DNA of 64,000 bases from a virus, in IMG/VR virus record IMGVR_UViG_3300035698_005399, positions 19,495-83,494 of that record; one strand, 5' to 3'. Each line of letters opens with the position of its first letter. The first letter of the stretch is position 1. The notes under the pieces were generated by a model. The model saw nothing but the letters and a program-made list of their open reading frames with translations, searched no databases and was not told the origin of the DNA. Of this stretch, positions 9,629 to 20,313 are shown in pieces. The position numbers and the translations under genes are program-made.

Positions 9629-10404
9629 TGAAACACACGGTAGAAACAACAAGGGAAATATTGGAAGAAACATTTAGCCAGTTAGTATTTGAAGAGGAGT
9701 TTCATACATACACTATAGGTGACAGAACATTACCCAGTGTATCAAAAAAACTTACAAGATTTTATGATGCTTTTGATTCAGATAAAGTAGCATTCTATTA
9801 TACAAAGAAATGGAATAAAAATAATCCAAATGAACAAAAGACAAAAGAACAAGTACTCCAAGAATGGAAAGATAAAAGCACTATTGCATTGGATAAAGGA
9901 AATGAAGTTCACGATTATGCTGAGTACTATCCTAAATTTCCAGAACCCGCCTACCTCGAACAAAGGGGTATCCTTGAATTCTTTAATAACTTACCCGATC
10001 ATTATGAAGTAGTTTATGTTGAGCTTAGAATGCACAATGATAGATTTGCAGGAACAGCCGACTTAATTCTATTGAATACAAAAACTAATAAACTAGTTAT
10101 TGTAGATTGGAAAACCAATAAGGATTTGTTTAAAAACTTTAAACGTAAGAAATTATTATATCCTTTTGAAGGATTATTAGATGCTCCTATTAATCGTTAT
10201 AAGATTCAACTGAATCATTATAAAATGTTAATAGAAGACATGACTGTCTTTGAAGTAGAAGACATGTGGGTTGCTTGGTTAACACAAAAAGAAGATCCTA
10301 CCAGAAAAGCTAAATATATTGGAGAGAATTACATCCTATATAAGGTTTACAACTGGAGTAAAAAACTAAAAAGGTATTATGAGCAGCTTGAAATCCATAT
10401 CTAG
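9628..10404 (+). CDS. PD-(D/E)XK nuclease (exonuclease-like)
   Basis: LPSVS, G.EVH, E.RM...AGTADL...IVDWKTN, and Y.IQL..Y motifs. Confidence 0.8.
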   Translation: MKHTVETTREILEETFSQLVFEEEFHTYTIGDRTLPSVSKKLTRFYDAFDSDKVAFYYTKKWNKNNPNEQKTKEQVLQEWKDKSTIALDKGNEVHDYAEYYPKFPEPAYLEQRGILEFFNNLPDHYEVVYVELRMHNDRFAGTADLILLNTKTNKLVIVDWKTNKDLFKNFKRKKLLYPFEGLLDAPINRYKIQLNHYKMLIEDMTVFEVEDMWVAWLTQKEDPTRKAKYIGENYILYKVYNWSKKLKRYYEQLEIHI

Positions 10405-11092
10405 TCACACCGATGCAATTAGAGCATTAGTTAAAGAAACATCAGATGATTCAATTTATTCTGATGAATTTTTATATAAGCTATTAGTTGATAGTAGAGC
10501 AACTATCCTTAGTCAAGAAATTACAAAGTATAAGTATATTTCTCAAGATAACTATCAGAGATTTTGCATGCCGCTTGATTCTACTAAGAATTCAGATTGT
10601 ATAGATTGCTTACCTATAGAAATTGCATGCGCAGGATTAGAAAATGTTTGGAAGAGTAGATATAAAATGCCTCTAGTAATTACTGGTAGAGATAAAGCTA
10701 TGCTATCAACATATAATGTAGATTTTACAATAAGTCTATCACCAAGTAACATGGAGCAAAGAAGTCTGCAGGAATATTCTAAAGTAAATCCTAATAGGGT
10801 TTCTTATGAAATGAATAATAACAGCTTCTTCTTATTTAATAGAGACTGGCTTGTTGTACAGTTTAAAGGAATTTTTCATGATCCATCTGAATTAAGTGAT
10901 ATTAGAGTATGTAATACAGAAGGTGTTGAAGGTGGAGGAAATTGTTTTGACCCAGACACAGACCATTTTCCATTAGATCCTACCTTGAACGATAGAGTTT
11001 ATAAATTCGTATTAGAAAAATTAGGATACTCCAAACAAATTCCAGATGACATTACTAATGACGGTAAATCTTCAATAAGCAATGAAGTCTGA
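10379..11092 (+). CDS. crAss-like neck/ring (head-tail adaptor) protein
   Basis: SDD...SDE...L.D.RA N-terminus and GIF.DP..L...C...D..FP C-terminus; precedes the IHF/tail-tube/muzzle genes as in crAss-like gene order. Confidence 0.6.
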   Translation: MSSLKSISSHTDAIRALVKETSDDSIYSDEFLYKLLVDSRATILSQEITKYKYISQDNYQRFCMPLDSTKNSDCIDCLPIEIACAGLENVWKSRYKMPLVITGRDKAMLSTYNVDFTISLSPSNMEQRSLQEYSKVNPNRVSYEMNNNSFFLFNRDWLVVQFKGIFHDPSELSDIRVCNTEGVEGGGNCFDPDTDHFPLDPTLNDRVYKFVLEKLGYSKQIPDDITNDGKSSISNEV

Positions 11093-11504
11093 AACACTAA
11101 CTACAGCCAAAACATATAAGACCTATCAAGGTAAGCTTTCTAAAGAAGAGTACCTTACTATTAACGATAAGTTTAATAATATTCTTTTTGAAGAATTATT
11201 ACACACAGGAGATGCTATTACTTTACCCAAAGGAATGGGCCAACTGCAAGTTGTAAAGTTCAAGCCTACTAAGAAGCGAGCTGTAGACTTCAATGCAACC
11301 AAAAAATATGGTAAAACTATTTACCATGATAATGTAGAAACTGATGGATATGCTGCTAGATTACACTGGCATAAAAAGTCTTATCGTTTTAAAAATAAGT
11401 ATTTTTTTAGTTTTAGATTTACAAGACATCGTGTTAGATATGATGATTTCTCACTAACAAAATACATTAGAGAAAATGGTTTATACCACCTAACTGAGTT
11501 ATGA
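11082..11504 (+). CDS. IHF/HU-like DNA-binding protein (crAss-like)
   Basis: Basic 140 aa with G..ITLP.GMG.L.V.K arm motif and VDF..TKKYGK.IYH.N. Confidence 0.65.
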   Translation: MKSETLTTAKTYKTYQGKLSKEEYLTINDKFNNILFEELLHTGDAITLPKGMGQLQVVKFKPTKKRAVDFNATKKYGKTIYHDNVETDGYAARLHWHKKSYRFKNKYFFSFRFTRHRVRYDDFSLTKYIRENGLYHLTEL

Positions 11505-12337
11505 CAAAAACCGTACAATACGTTCCATTAGAGGCTACACTACGACCAGTATATACTACGCTACCCAGCAGTAACATTGAATTTGATACCATCTTAGAAT
11601 GGGCCTATGATGCAATGGAAGCTATTGAAGTTAGATATACCTTCCAAGAAAATGTCGAATTCCTACAAGTTGTCAACCATAGAGCTATGGTGCCAGTTGG
11701 TTTAAAGTATATTGAACAATTACTATACAAGCTTAGTCTTGATAATGATGAAGAAGAAGTAATCTTGGACATCCTTAGACAAGACCAAGATGGTAATAAT
11801 GAAACACCAACCACAACTGCAGATCAATACTTCTTATCTCCTATAGTAAGAAGTAGCTGGAGTCCGCTTAGAGCTAGTACCAGCATCTGGACTAGACAAG
11901 TGCATTGTGCAGTTAGCCCAAATTTATATGCTACATCTGAACATGAATATACAATAGATCCAGGCGGTTGCATTACTACATCCTTTGAAGATGGGTTTAT
12001 AGCAATCGCTTGTTTGTCTCATCCTAAAAATTCCCAAGGTCAATTCCTTGTTCCTGATGAGAGAGATTATAGAAGGGCTGTTGAAAATTATATTCTATTC
12101 AAATATTGGGAGCTTAGATATAATATGAAAGAAGAAGGCGCAGATAAAAGAATGATGTATTACCAACAACAATGGGATATATTTGCTGCTAAAGTATCTG
12201 GAGATCTTATGTTATTCTCTTTAGATGGTTTACAGAACTTCCAAGATCAAATGTTACGTATTGGGCCAAACACAGATAGCTACCACTCAGGATATGGAAA
12301 TTTAGGTAGAAGAGAAGTGACAAAATTTCATAACTAA
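11501..12337 (+). CDS. Tail tubular / ring protein
   Basis: EW..DA...I, I.TSF..G.I.I and G..LVPD motifs; lies between the IHF-like and muzzle genes. Confidence 0.6.
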   Translation: MTKTVQYVPLEATLRPVYTTLPSSNIEFDTILEWAYDAMEAIEVRYTFQENVEFLQVVNHRAMVPVGLKYIEQLLYKLSLDNDEEEVILDILRQDQDGNNETPTTTADQYFLSPIVRSSWSPLRASTSIWTRQVHCAVSPNLYATSEHEYTIDPGGCITTSFEDGFIAIACLSHPKNSQGQFLVPDERDYRRAVENYILFKYWELRYNMKEEGADKRMMYYQQQWDIFAAKVSGDLMLFSLDGLQNFQDQMLRIGPNTDSYHSGYGNLGRREVTKFHN

Positions 12338-15300
12338 TGAATAATTTCAGTCAAGGAATGAATAGAGATGCAGGAGACAAGTTTAGGCCAAATTCATCTT
12401 GGCCTTTCGCATTGAATGCTGTTAATGTATCTCGTGATGGAAATAAATCTTCTATTATAAATGAAGAAGGTAATAAAACTTGTGGTGATTTACCAGAAGG
12501 ATTTGATATCATTGGCCATGCTGAATCTAATTCAGACCTGACCTATTTATTTTTAACTGATAATACAGTAAGTATAATTGCCACTATTGATAATAATTGC
12601 AATTATAATGAAATTGTTAGAAGTTCTTGTTTAAATTTTAAAGATTATCATGCTATCGATGCTCAATATAAAGAAGTAGATGGTTGTGAACCAGCTTTAT
12701 ATTGGGTAGATAATTTCAATTTAGATAAACAAGTTAATATTGCTGAACTTAGAACATACATTGATAATGATGCATTAGCAACTGCTTGGTTTGCTGCTAA
12801 TGGTACACCATTACCCAAAAGTTTTAAAGATGGATTTTATATTCAACAAGCAAATATATATGATGCTTGGAATTGTAATGCATTTAAACAAGTTAAAGAT
12901 ATTAAAGTTCCTGTAATTACATTCAATAAAATGCTAGATTCAGGTGGACAATTAGAAGCAGGTGCTTATCAAGTTGTTGTTAGATACATTGATTTAGATG
13001 ATAATAGAACAGATTGGTTTGCTCCTACATTACCTGTACCAATTATTGATGAGGATTATAATGGTCCTTATACATGTATTGATGGATGCCTAGCAGGTAC
13101 AACTACTAGTAAAGCACTTGAATATAATATTACTAATATAGATACATCATATCCTTATTTTGAAGTAGCTTATATTCATACTAGTGAAAATGTTGAAACT
13201 GCTTATATTGAAAGTAAGAATTCTACATTTAGTCTGACATTTTTACTTACTGGTACTGCAGAAGAACAACTTGATGTAGTTGATATCAATGTATCTACTG
13301 CAAAGTGGGCAGTGAGTAAAGGATTAATACAACATCACAATAAATTAATTAAATATGGTGTAAAGGAAAGAGATATTGATCACACGGCTTTTACTCGTAG
13401 TGCATTAAATATTAAAAGTAGATATTGGATATCTGATGTAGATCATGATCATAAAGAATTTGGTATTAAAACACCATATTATTACTCTAGAACTAGAGGT
13501 TATATGCGAGATGAAGTATATGCTTTTGCTGTAGTTTGGGTATTTAATGATGGTTCTAAAACAACACCTTATCATATTCCTGGTAGAGCTAAAGATACAA
13601 CTTCACAAGGAGTCGTAATGGGATATACAGGATTATTAAATACAAATGCTGGTGCCCATATAACAGGTGAATGGGATAGTACAACATATAGTGATGCATC
13701 ATCTTTCACAGGATGGTCTGCAGAAGACATTAAATATCTTCAAGACCAAGGTTATTCCGATACTGAAATTGAAAGATGGATGGTTTATAATACCGCATTA
13801 CCAGATGATACCCCCGCATCTGGTACTAATGGCTCAGGAGAGCTGGCCTTTTACGAATCCAAGGATTACACATATCCTGAAATCACTTCGTGTGATGGAA
13901 CCCGCGTATACGAGCAATTGTCTGGTACACCAATTCGCTACCATAAAATGCCTGATGCTACTCTTGAGCCGTTACACTATCAAGATACTAATGATAATAA
14001 TAATTTACTAACTAGAAGTTTAGGTATGGAATTTGATAATGTAGTACCCCCAGTAGAATATGCAGATCAAATCCAAGGTTATTATATTGTACGAGCTAAA
14101 GTTACACCAGAAAATCAAAGCATTATCTCCAAAGGAGTAATGTGGAATACTACTTATGTTGATCCATCATCAAATTTAAGATTTCCAAGACCTACTTACT
14201 GGTGGACTAGAAAAATAGCAACTACATTTGGTATTTCTGATTCTGAAAGAACCCATACTGAATTCTGGAGTAATGAATCAACATTTAATTCAGATGATTT
14301 GTCTAAAGCATCTCATTTTAAAATGGAAAATGAAATTTCGGGAGACAGAGGCGTTGTTTATTTAGGTAGTTGTGATGTTGGTGCTAGAGTAGCATTTCAG
14401 GATACTACATTTAATAAAAATCCATTAACTCCATCATACGGACATACCAATAGATCATTTAATACTAGTGGTTATCTTCCATTAAATTCCATTATTTCAG
14501 ATTTCTTTGGAGAAAATTTTTATAATGTAGGAAGAGAAACCAAATATCTTGTTCAATTTGAAGATGCCTATAGGCCACAAAGTCCTATAATATCTTCATC
14601 AGATAATTATGGAACCAATGAGACATTTGGTTATTATACTGCGGCTAAACAATTTCTACCAAATCAATATGGGAACATTGATGGTTTAATATACTACTCT
14701 TGTAGTACTATGCATTTAGCTACTGATCCTTTATATCATTTTAGAAGAATATTTGGTGGAGATACATTTATTAGTGAATTAAATTTTAGAAGATTTCAAG
14801 GTGAAAACCCTGCAGATTTTGATTTTAGTGGTTTGAGTGGATCTTGTGCTAGTCGTTCAGATATTATGGTAAGAGTAAATGCCGGATCTCATACTAAGTG
14901 CTATACTGAATCTAGAATTAATGCTGATCTACGGCATACATTAGGAGCAATAACAGTTGTAAATGATTCTAGTGGTGATCCAACTAATGTAGATGATGGG
15001 TATTTACCAAAAGCCATTTGTAAAAAATTACCATTTGACACAGATGATTACTATACAGAACAAATTGCTAAAGCTTGGGAAGTAGATAATACGTTTGAAT
15101 ATAATTCAGATTTTTCAAAAGAAAACGAATTGCTTCCAATATTTCCATTAAGTTTTACATTTGATTATTGTTCAGATTGTCAGGCCGAATATCCATATAG
15201 ATTTGTATGGAGTCAATCTGCATTTGGTCAAGAGCAAGTAGATAACTATAGTGTGTTCTTAGCTAATGATTTTAAAGATATTCCTCAACATAAAGGAAGA

Positions 15301-16698
15301 CTTGAAACAGCATTTATTAAATCACATCAGTTATATTTCTTAACTGAGCAAGCATTATTTATGCAACCTACTGATGATCAAGCCTTACAGACAAATGAAA
15401 ATGTTTTATACGTGGGCTCAGGAGCCTTTGGTAGACTTGATCCTAAAGAAGTAGTAAGTACTGATTATGGTTTTGCTGGTAGTGTTAGCCAATGGGCTGT
15501 AAAGACTACTGATGCCGGAACCTTCTGGCCTGATATTAATCAAGGTAAAGTATTTGTGTTATCCAATCAATTGAACGCCATATCAGAAGTTGGTATGGAA
15601 TCATGGTTTACAGAAAAAATGAATAATTCATTTGCTAATGCTTGGGAAAATAATGCTGGTAAACCATATCCTCTAGCTGATACACCACAAGCTTATAATG
15701 GTGTTGGTGCACAAATTAGTTATGACTTAAGATACAGACGACTCATATTAACATATAAAGACTGGGAAATTACACCTAGAGCACAAGCTCTAATTGGTAA
15801 TGGTAATCTAATTTATAATTTAGAAACAAGTAAATTTGAATTACTTGTACCTGATGCACTAATTGGTTTAGTGGGGAATAATAATCCTACTGAAATATCA
15901 ACCAGTAAATTTGCAGAAAGTACGGACGAAACATCAGAAACTCCACAAGCATTTGGTACTAGAGTATATGCCAGCTTTAATGTTGATGATATTAAAGAAT
16001 ACTTCCAGAACAAAAGCTTTACTGTAAGCTACAGTATGCATACCAATACATGGATTAGCTTTCATAGTTATATTCCATCTTATATCTTTAATACCAATCA
16101 ATTTTTCTTTACATCTGCTAATAATGGATTATGGAAGCATGATGAAAGAAATTTCCAAACTTTCTATGGCATCAAGAAAGACCATATCATTGAATATACA
16201 CATACAAGTAGTTTCCAAACACAGAAGTATGATAGTATTCATTATGTATCTGATGTACAAGACTATGATACAGCATTGAAGTCTTGGAAAGATGTTCCTG
16301 CTATTACGTTTGATAAAGTGATTGTATATACAGATACACAATCTACTGGTAAAACAGATATTATCAATGGTAGTGATAGTTACATTGAAGAACTCACATA
16401 CAACCCAGATAACATTACTGTACACAGGCATGATAGAACATGGAAGATGAATAAGATTAGAGATATGGTTGTGGACTATACTGTACCACTCTTTAGACTT
16501 AACGCTGCAGCATTAGAAGCTGATTACTTTATTGATAAAGTTCCTAATACAGCAGCTACATCAAGCACTAAAGATATCTATGAACAAGGTAGAATCAGGA
16601 ATAAATTTTGCAATACCAGATTGTTCTTTAATCCATTGAATGACTATCGTATTGTAACAGATATTGTAACAACAATGACTAGAAACTCTATTCGTTAA
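12337..16698 (+). CDS. Tail stabilisation / muzzle protein (P22 gp10-like, crAss-type)
   Basis: 1453 aa; N-terminal NNFSQGMNRD, GYMRDEVYAF.VVW..NDG, FGGDTFI, and FT.SYS.....WISFHSY.P. Confidence 0.75.
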   Translation: MNNFSQGMNRDAGDKFRPNSSWPFALNAVNVSRDGNKSSIINEEGNKTCGDLPEGFDIIGHAESNSDLTYLFLTDNTVSIIATIDNNCNYNEIVRSSCLNFKDYHAIDAQYKEVDGCEPALYWVDNFNLDKQVNIAELRTYIDNDALATAWFAANGTPLPKSFKDGFYIQQANIYDAWNCNAFKQVKDIKVPVITFNKMLDSGGQLEAGAYQVVVRYIDLDDNRTDWFAPTLPVPIIDEDYNGPYTCIDGCLAGTTTSKALEYNITNIDTSYPYFEVAYIHTSENVETAYIESKNSTFSLTFLLTGTAEEQLDVVDINVSTAKWAVSKGLIQHHNKLIKYGVKERDIDHTAFTRSALNIKSRYWISDVDHDHKEFGIKTPYYYSRTRGYMRDEVYAFAVVWVFNDGSKTTPYHIPGRAKDTTSQGVVMGYTGLLNTNAGAHITGEWDSTTYSDASSFTGWSAEDIKYLQDQGYSDTEIERWMVYNTALPDDTPASGTNGSGELAFYESKDYTYPEITSCDGTRVYEQLSGTPIRYHKMPDATLEPLHYQDTNDNNNLLTRSLGMEFDNVVPPVEYADQIQGYYIVRAKVTPENQSIISKGVMWNTTYVDPSSNLRFPRPTYWWTRKIATTFGISDSERTHTEFWSNESTFNSDDLSKASHFKMENEISGDRGVVYLGSCDVGARVAFQDTTFNKNPLTPSYGHTNRSFNTSGYLPLNSIISDFFGENFYNVGRETKYLVQFEDAYRPQSPIISSSDNYGTNETFGYYTAAKQFLPNQYGNIDGLIYYSCSTMHLATDPLYHFRRIFGGDTFISELNFRRFQGENPADFDFSGLSGSCASRSDIMVRVNAGSHTKCYTESRINADLRHTLGAITVVNDSSGDPTNVDDGYLPKAICKKLPFDTDDYYTEQIAKAWEVDNTFEYNSDFSKENELLPIFPLSFTFDYCSDCQAEYPYRFVWSQSAFGQEQVDNYSVFLANDFKDIPQHKGRLETAFIKSHQLYFLTEQALFMQPTDDQALQTNENVLYVGSGAFGRLDPKEVVSTDYGFAGSVSQWAVKTTDAGTFWPDINQGKVFVLSNQLNAISEVGMESWFTEKMNNSFANAWENNAGKPYPLADTPQAYNGVGAQISYDLRYRRLILTYKDWEITPRAQALIGNGNLIYNLETSKFELLVPDALIGLVGNNNPTEISTSKFAESTDETSETPQAFGTRVYASFNVDDIKEYFQNKSFTVSYSMHTNTWISFHSYIPSYIFNTNQFFFTSANNGLWKHDERNFQTFYGIKKDHIIEYTHTSSFQTQKYDSIHYVSDVQDYDTALKSWKDVPAITFDKVIVYTDTQSTGKTDIINGSDSYIEELTYNPDNITVHRHDRTWKMNKIRDMVVDYTVPLFRLNAAALEADYFIDKVPNTAATSSTKDIYEQGRIRNKFCNTRLFFNPLNDYRIVTDIVTTMTRNSIR

Positions 16699-16704
16699 CA
16701 TGCG

Positions 16705-16723
16705 TGTTAAAATAATTTTAACA
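16705..16723. promoter_or_regulatory. Perfect inverted repeat TGTTAAAAT-A-ATTTTAACA in the spacer before the cargo/RNAP genes
   Basis: 9-bp arms with a 1-nt spacer, in one of the few intergenic gaps. Function is inferred. Confidence 0.35.
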
Positions 16724-16759
16724 AAGGAAACTAAAACTTAAAAAAAATGGTTATATATT

Positions 16760-18058
16760 ATGATGCCTACTAACTATAATCGAATTAAGAAATTAGCCAA
16801 TGGTGGTGATACAGATGACCCACCTGCAAAAAGGTCTATGGCTACTGAACCAGGAGGCATACCTGCTAGATCAAGCCTATTACATCAAGGGATTCGTAGT
16901 ATGGCAGATGTAGCTCTCCCGCATAACGCTGCTCAACTCGTAGCACATTTGATTACTGGAGATCAAAACTATGGATTAAAAGATAGTACTCCGGGCGCAC
17001 GACATGCTTTAACTAGAGCCGCTTTAGCCTCAATGGCTAGAACTGGAAAGAATCAAGGCCAAATTACATATGAAGACTATGGCGAACAAATGCCATCTAC
17101 TATAGAACATTTTAATGCTTCAAAAGGAGAAGCAATGGGGGCTAGTGCTATGTCTATTGATTTTAGAGCAGCTACAGAATTTGGAAAAGCTGGTTACAGT
17201 TATGATCCAGAAACAGGCGATATTAAGTTTACAGATCGTTATGATTGGAATAAAGTAAAAGATCCCGGAGAAGGATATGGTGAAATACGAGCCATAGTAG
17301 GAGATATTGCTCCCAACATGGAGCAAGAAAAACAACCACCACAATACATTGGGCAAACTAATGTTAATGCATATAATCGTACTAAATTTTTATACCCTAA
17401 CACATATGATACATATAGCAGGTTTCATAAAGCTAATATGGGGCCAGTAGATAATGTTGTAGATGGTACAATAGATGGTGTAATAGACATATTTAAAGGT
17501 CGTTCAAATATAGTAAACAATGTACAAGAACAAATACAACAAGGTGCTGGGCAAGCACAAGAAGCAATTCAACAAGGAGCCAACCAATTGCAACAAGGTA
17601 TTGGTCAAGTCCGTAAACGATTAGGCTTTGAAGATGGTGGTAAAATAAATACTCCAATGAATCATAGATACAAGCGCGTTAAAAAAATGGCTGCTGGAGG
17701 TGGTATTGAACAAGGCATAAGTAGTATTGCTCCTTTGCTTAACTTTCTTCCTGGTGTTGGACAATTAGCAGCACCTATGATGGGTGCTCTTGCCCCTTTA
17801 TTTGGTGCAATGACTGAAACCAAACCCCTTATCCCATCCGCAGCACATTCAGCATCAAATCTGAACATAGCACCTAAGTCTTTAGCTAATGGTGGACCAA
17901 CACAATCACATAATGTTCATGGTGGTTTACTAAACTTTAATGGCCCATCACATGCTAAAGGAGGTATTCCTTTTCAAGGAGTAGAGGTTGAAGGTGGTGA
18001 AACTAATTGGAAAGATTATGTGTTTTCTGATAGACTAAAATACAAACATGCTAAATAA
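16760..18058 (+). CDS. Internal virion (ejection/cargo) protein with repeated xxGG motifs
   Basis: LANGG/FEDGG/MAAGG/LANGG repeats and C-terminal GPSH..GGI...VEVEGGE....YVFSDRL; lies between muzzle and RNAP genes. Confidence 0.6.
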   Translation: MMPTNYNRIKKLANGGDTDDPPAKRSMATEPGGIPARSSLLHQGIRSMADVALPHNAAQLVAHLITGDQNYGLKDSTPGARHALTRAALASMARTGKNQGQITYEDYGEQMPSTIEHFNASKGEAMGASAMSIDFRAATEFGKAGYSYDPETGDIKFTDRYDWNKVKDPGEGYGEIRAIVGDIAPNMEQEKQPPQYIGQTNVNAYNRTKFLYPNTYDTYSRFHKANMGPVDNVVDGTIDGVIDIFKGRSNIVNNVQEQIQQGAGQAQEAIQQGANQLQQGIGQVRKRLGFEDGGKINTPMNHRYKRVKKMAAGGGIEQGISSIAPLLNFLPGVGQLAAPMMGALAPLFGAMTETKPLIPSAAHSASNLNIAPKSLANGGPTQSHNVHGGLLNFNGPSHAKGGIPFQGVEVEGGETNWKDYVFSDRLKYKHAK

Positions 18059-20312
18059 GAAATATAACAAAATGACCTTTGCTGATGTTAGCAAGGTAAT
18101 GGCTCGTAAGTATAAGGGTCAAGACTTTGATCCTATTGCACAAAGGACATTAGACATGCAGATGCAAGAACTAATGGCTTTAAATGAAGCTGCTAAGCCA
18201 CCAGAACCACAAGGTATGCAATTTGCTAACGGTGGTTCTGTAGATGATACACAAGATAATAAGAAAAGTAAAGCTGAGCTTAAAAGAGAAGAAAGAAGCA
18301 GATTTTCTGCAAATAACCAAGCAATATTTAGTGAAGAATTAGATAATGCTGGAATATTTGGTCTTAAACGAGCACAGATACTAGCACAAACAGCATTAGA
18401 ATCTGGAAATTTTGGGGAAACATATGGTAATCTATCAGAATATGGGGGAAATACTGAAGCTGCTGCCAGAAAATATTTTAAAAGATATGATGGCAAAAAT
18501 GGAAATACAGAACCAGGTGATGGTTATCGCTATAGAGGTAGAGGTAATATAATGACTACTGGAAGAAAGGGGTACAGGGAAGCTGGTGAAAGATTAGGAT
18601 TAGATTTAGAAAACAATCCTGATCTATTATTAGACCCCCGTAATGCTGCTTTAGCCGCCATAGATTATTGGGAGACCAATGTTGATGCTAGAATGAAAGG
18701 AAACTATTCAGATACAGCAACAGCCACTAGGGCTATTAGAGGAGATACAGGAGATACATTTCCCGAAGAAGCTCATTTTGAAAAAAGAGAAGCTTATTTT
18801 GCTAAACTTTCAAAATCAAATTCTGATAAAGCGGTTATAGTAAAACCAGAACCAGGGGGATATAAATGGAATCCTCAACGTAAATATACAACACCTCAAG
18901 CAGAACAAGCAAAACCACCAATGATAATGAAATATGGAGGATATCACAGAAATGTAAATAGAAGAAGTCTATCAACTGGTGGAAATTTATCAAAGATGAG
19001 CCCGTTGTTTAATAAGCCTTGGTTAGATGGTATGGGACGTGGTGCTGTTAACAGTGTATTAGGGGAAGCAGATAATCAAATGCAAGCGACAATTAATAGT
19101 AGTCCTTATAGTAGAAATATTAGAGCTGCAAATCTAACAAATTCATTAGCTCCAGATGTTAGTAATATGAATTTTCAAGAATCACTTGAAACTGTAGCAA
19201 TGGCAAATATGAATTTTCCAAGATTGCAAAATTTTATTGGAACAGGAGGAATAAGTAACACAGTAGCACAACCTAGTCCAGGTAATATTAATAATCAAGG
19301 ACAAACGAGTCAAGCACAACAAGTTGCTATGAGGAATACACAAATACCTGGAGGGACTAATGGTCTTGGGAGCAATACATGGTATCCTCAACCAAATCAA
19401 AGAAGTGCACAAGCAGCACAACGTGTTCAAACAGGACCATTTCAAGATAATGCTCCAGCACCAATGCCAGCACCATCACAAGGTCCAGTTGTACAATTTC
19501 CACAACAATCTAATCTTTTAAACACACCTAATTATAATGCCTCATTGACTCCAGATTATAGCAATCCTCCTCCACAAGAAGCAGATCTAGCTGATCCCAC
19601 AACTCCACAACAACGTCAAGGATTGTTTGGTGATATTACTACCGGAGATAAAATGCAATTGGCAAGTAGTATTCCTAGTGCAGCATATAATTTAATGCAG
19701 TCCTTTAAACCAGCAGAACAATATTCTCCTACTGTAAATGAACAAGCTGGTAAAGCCATGTCTCAATTAGACAACCTTAGTATTGATATGCAACCATTAA
19801 TTAATCAAAATAATCTAGCATTTAATACTGCTAGAAGACAACTTGGTAATCAAATGGGCGGTGGAGCATTAGCAGCTAATTTAGCTAATTTGACTTCCAA
19901 TACTAATCAGAATATGAATCAGGCTCAATTGTCTGGTCAACAACTAAATAATCAGTATAAGACTCAAGCCGCATCTACACGCATGAACTTGGGTGAAGCT
20001 GATAGAGCAGCAGCAGAACAGTCTAGAGGACTTAACATTGCAGCTAAGGCTACTAAGCAGAACTTTGCAGCAACAGCAGCAGGTCAACTTGGAGAAGGAT
20101 TGAATCAATCTGGACAAGCTCTTAACTCAGGCAAGTTTAATAAACTAGTAACAGGCTTGGCTAAATCTGCCAACTTCTACTTTAATTCAAATACTAATAC
20201 AATTGATATAGCATCATATAAAACAGATCACCCAGATGAATACGCTGCTGTTCTAGCACAATTTGGTGGTGATGAAAAGAAAGTAATAGCATACTTCCAA
20301 AAGAAAGGATAA
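18048..20312 (+). CDS. Internal virion protein with GH19 (chitinase/lysozyme-like) peptidoglycan hydrolase domain
   Basis: AQILAQTALESG.F, NGN..PGDGYRYRGRG.I..TGR..Y, NPDLL and A..AIDYW; followed by a Gln/Asn/Pro-rich region. Confidence 0.8.
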   Translation: MLNKKYNKMTFADVSKVMARKYKGQDFDPIAQRTLDMQMQELMALNEAAKPPEPQGMQFANGGSVDDTQDNKKSKAELKREERSRFSANNQAIFSEELDNAGIFGLKRAQILAQTALESGNFGETYGNLSEYGGNTEAAARKYFKRYDGKNGNTEPGDGYRYRGRGNIMTTGRKGYREAGERLGLDLENNPDLLLDPRNAALAAIDYWETNVDARMKGNYSDTATATRAIRGDTGDTFPEEAHFEKREAYFAKLSKSNSDKAVIVKPEPGGYKWNPQRKYTTPQAEQAKPPMIMKYGGYHRNVNRRSLSTGGNLSKMSPLFNKPWLDGMGRGAVNSVLGEADNQMQATINSSPYSRNIRAANLTNSLAPDVSNMNFQESLETVAMANMNFPRLQNFIGTGGISNTVAQPSPGNINNQGQTSQAQQVAMRNTQIPGGTNGLGSNTWYPQPNQRSAQAAQRVQTGPFQDNAPAPMPAPSQGPVVQFPQQSNLLNTPNYNASLTPDYSNPPPQEADLADPTTPQQRQGLFGDITTGDKMQLASSIPSAAYNLMQSFKPAEQYSPTVNEQAGKAMSQLDNLSIDMQPLINQNNLAFNTARRQLGNQMGGGALAANLANLTSNTNQNMNQAQLSGQQLNNQYKTQAASTRMNLGEADRAAAEQSRGLNIAAKATKQNFAATAAGQLGEGLNQSGQALNSGKFNKLVTGLAKSANFYFNSNTNTIDIASYKTDHPDEYAAVLAQFGGDEKKVIAYFQKKG

Positions 20313-20313
20313 T

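Noticed and set aside
9628-10404. Cas4 / CRISPR association of the PD-(D/E)XK nuclease
   Set aside because: No Fe-S cysteines, no other cas genes, and no repeat-spacer array seen.
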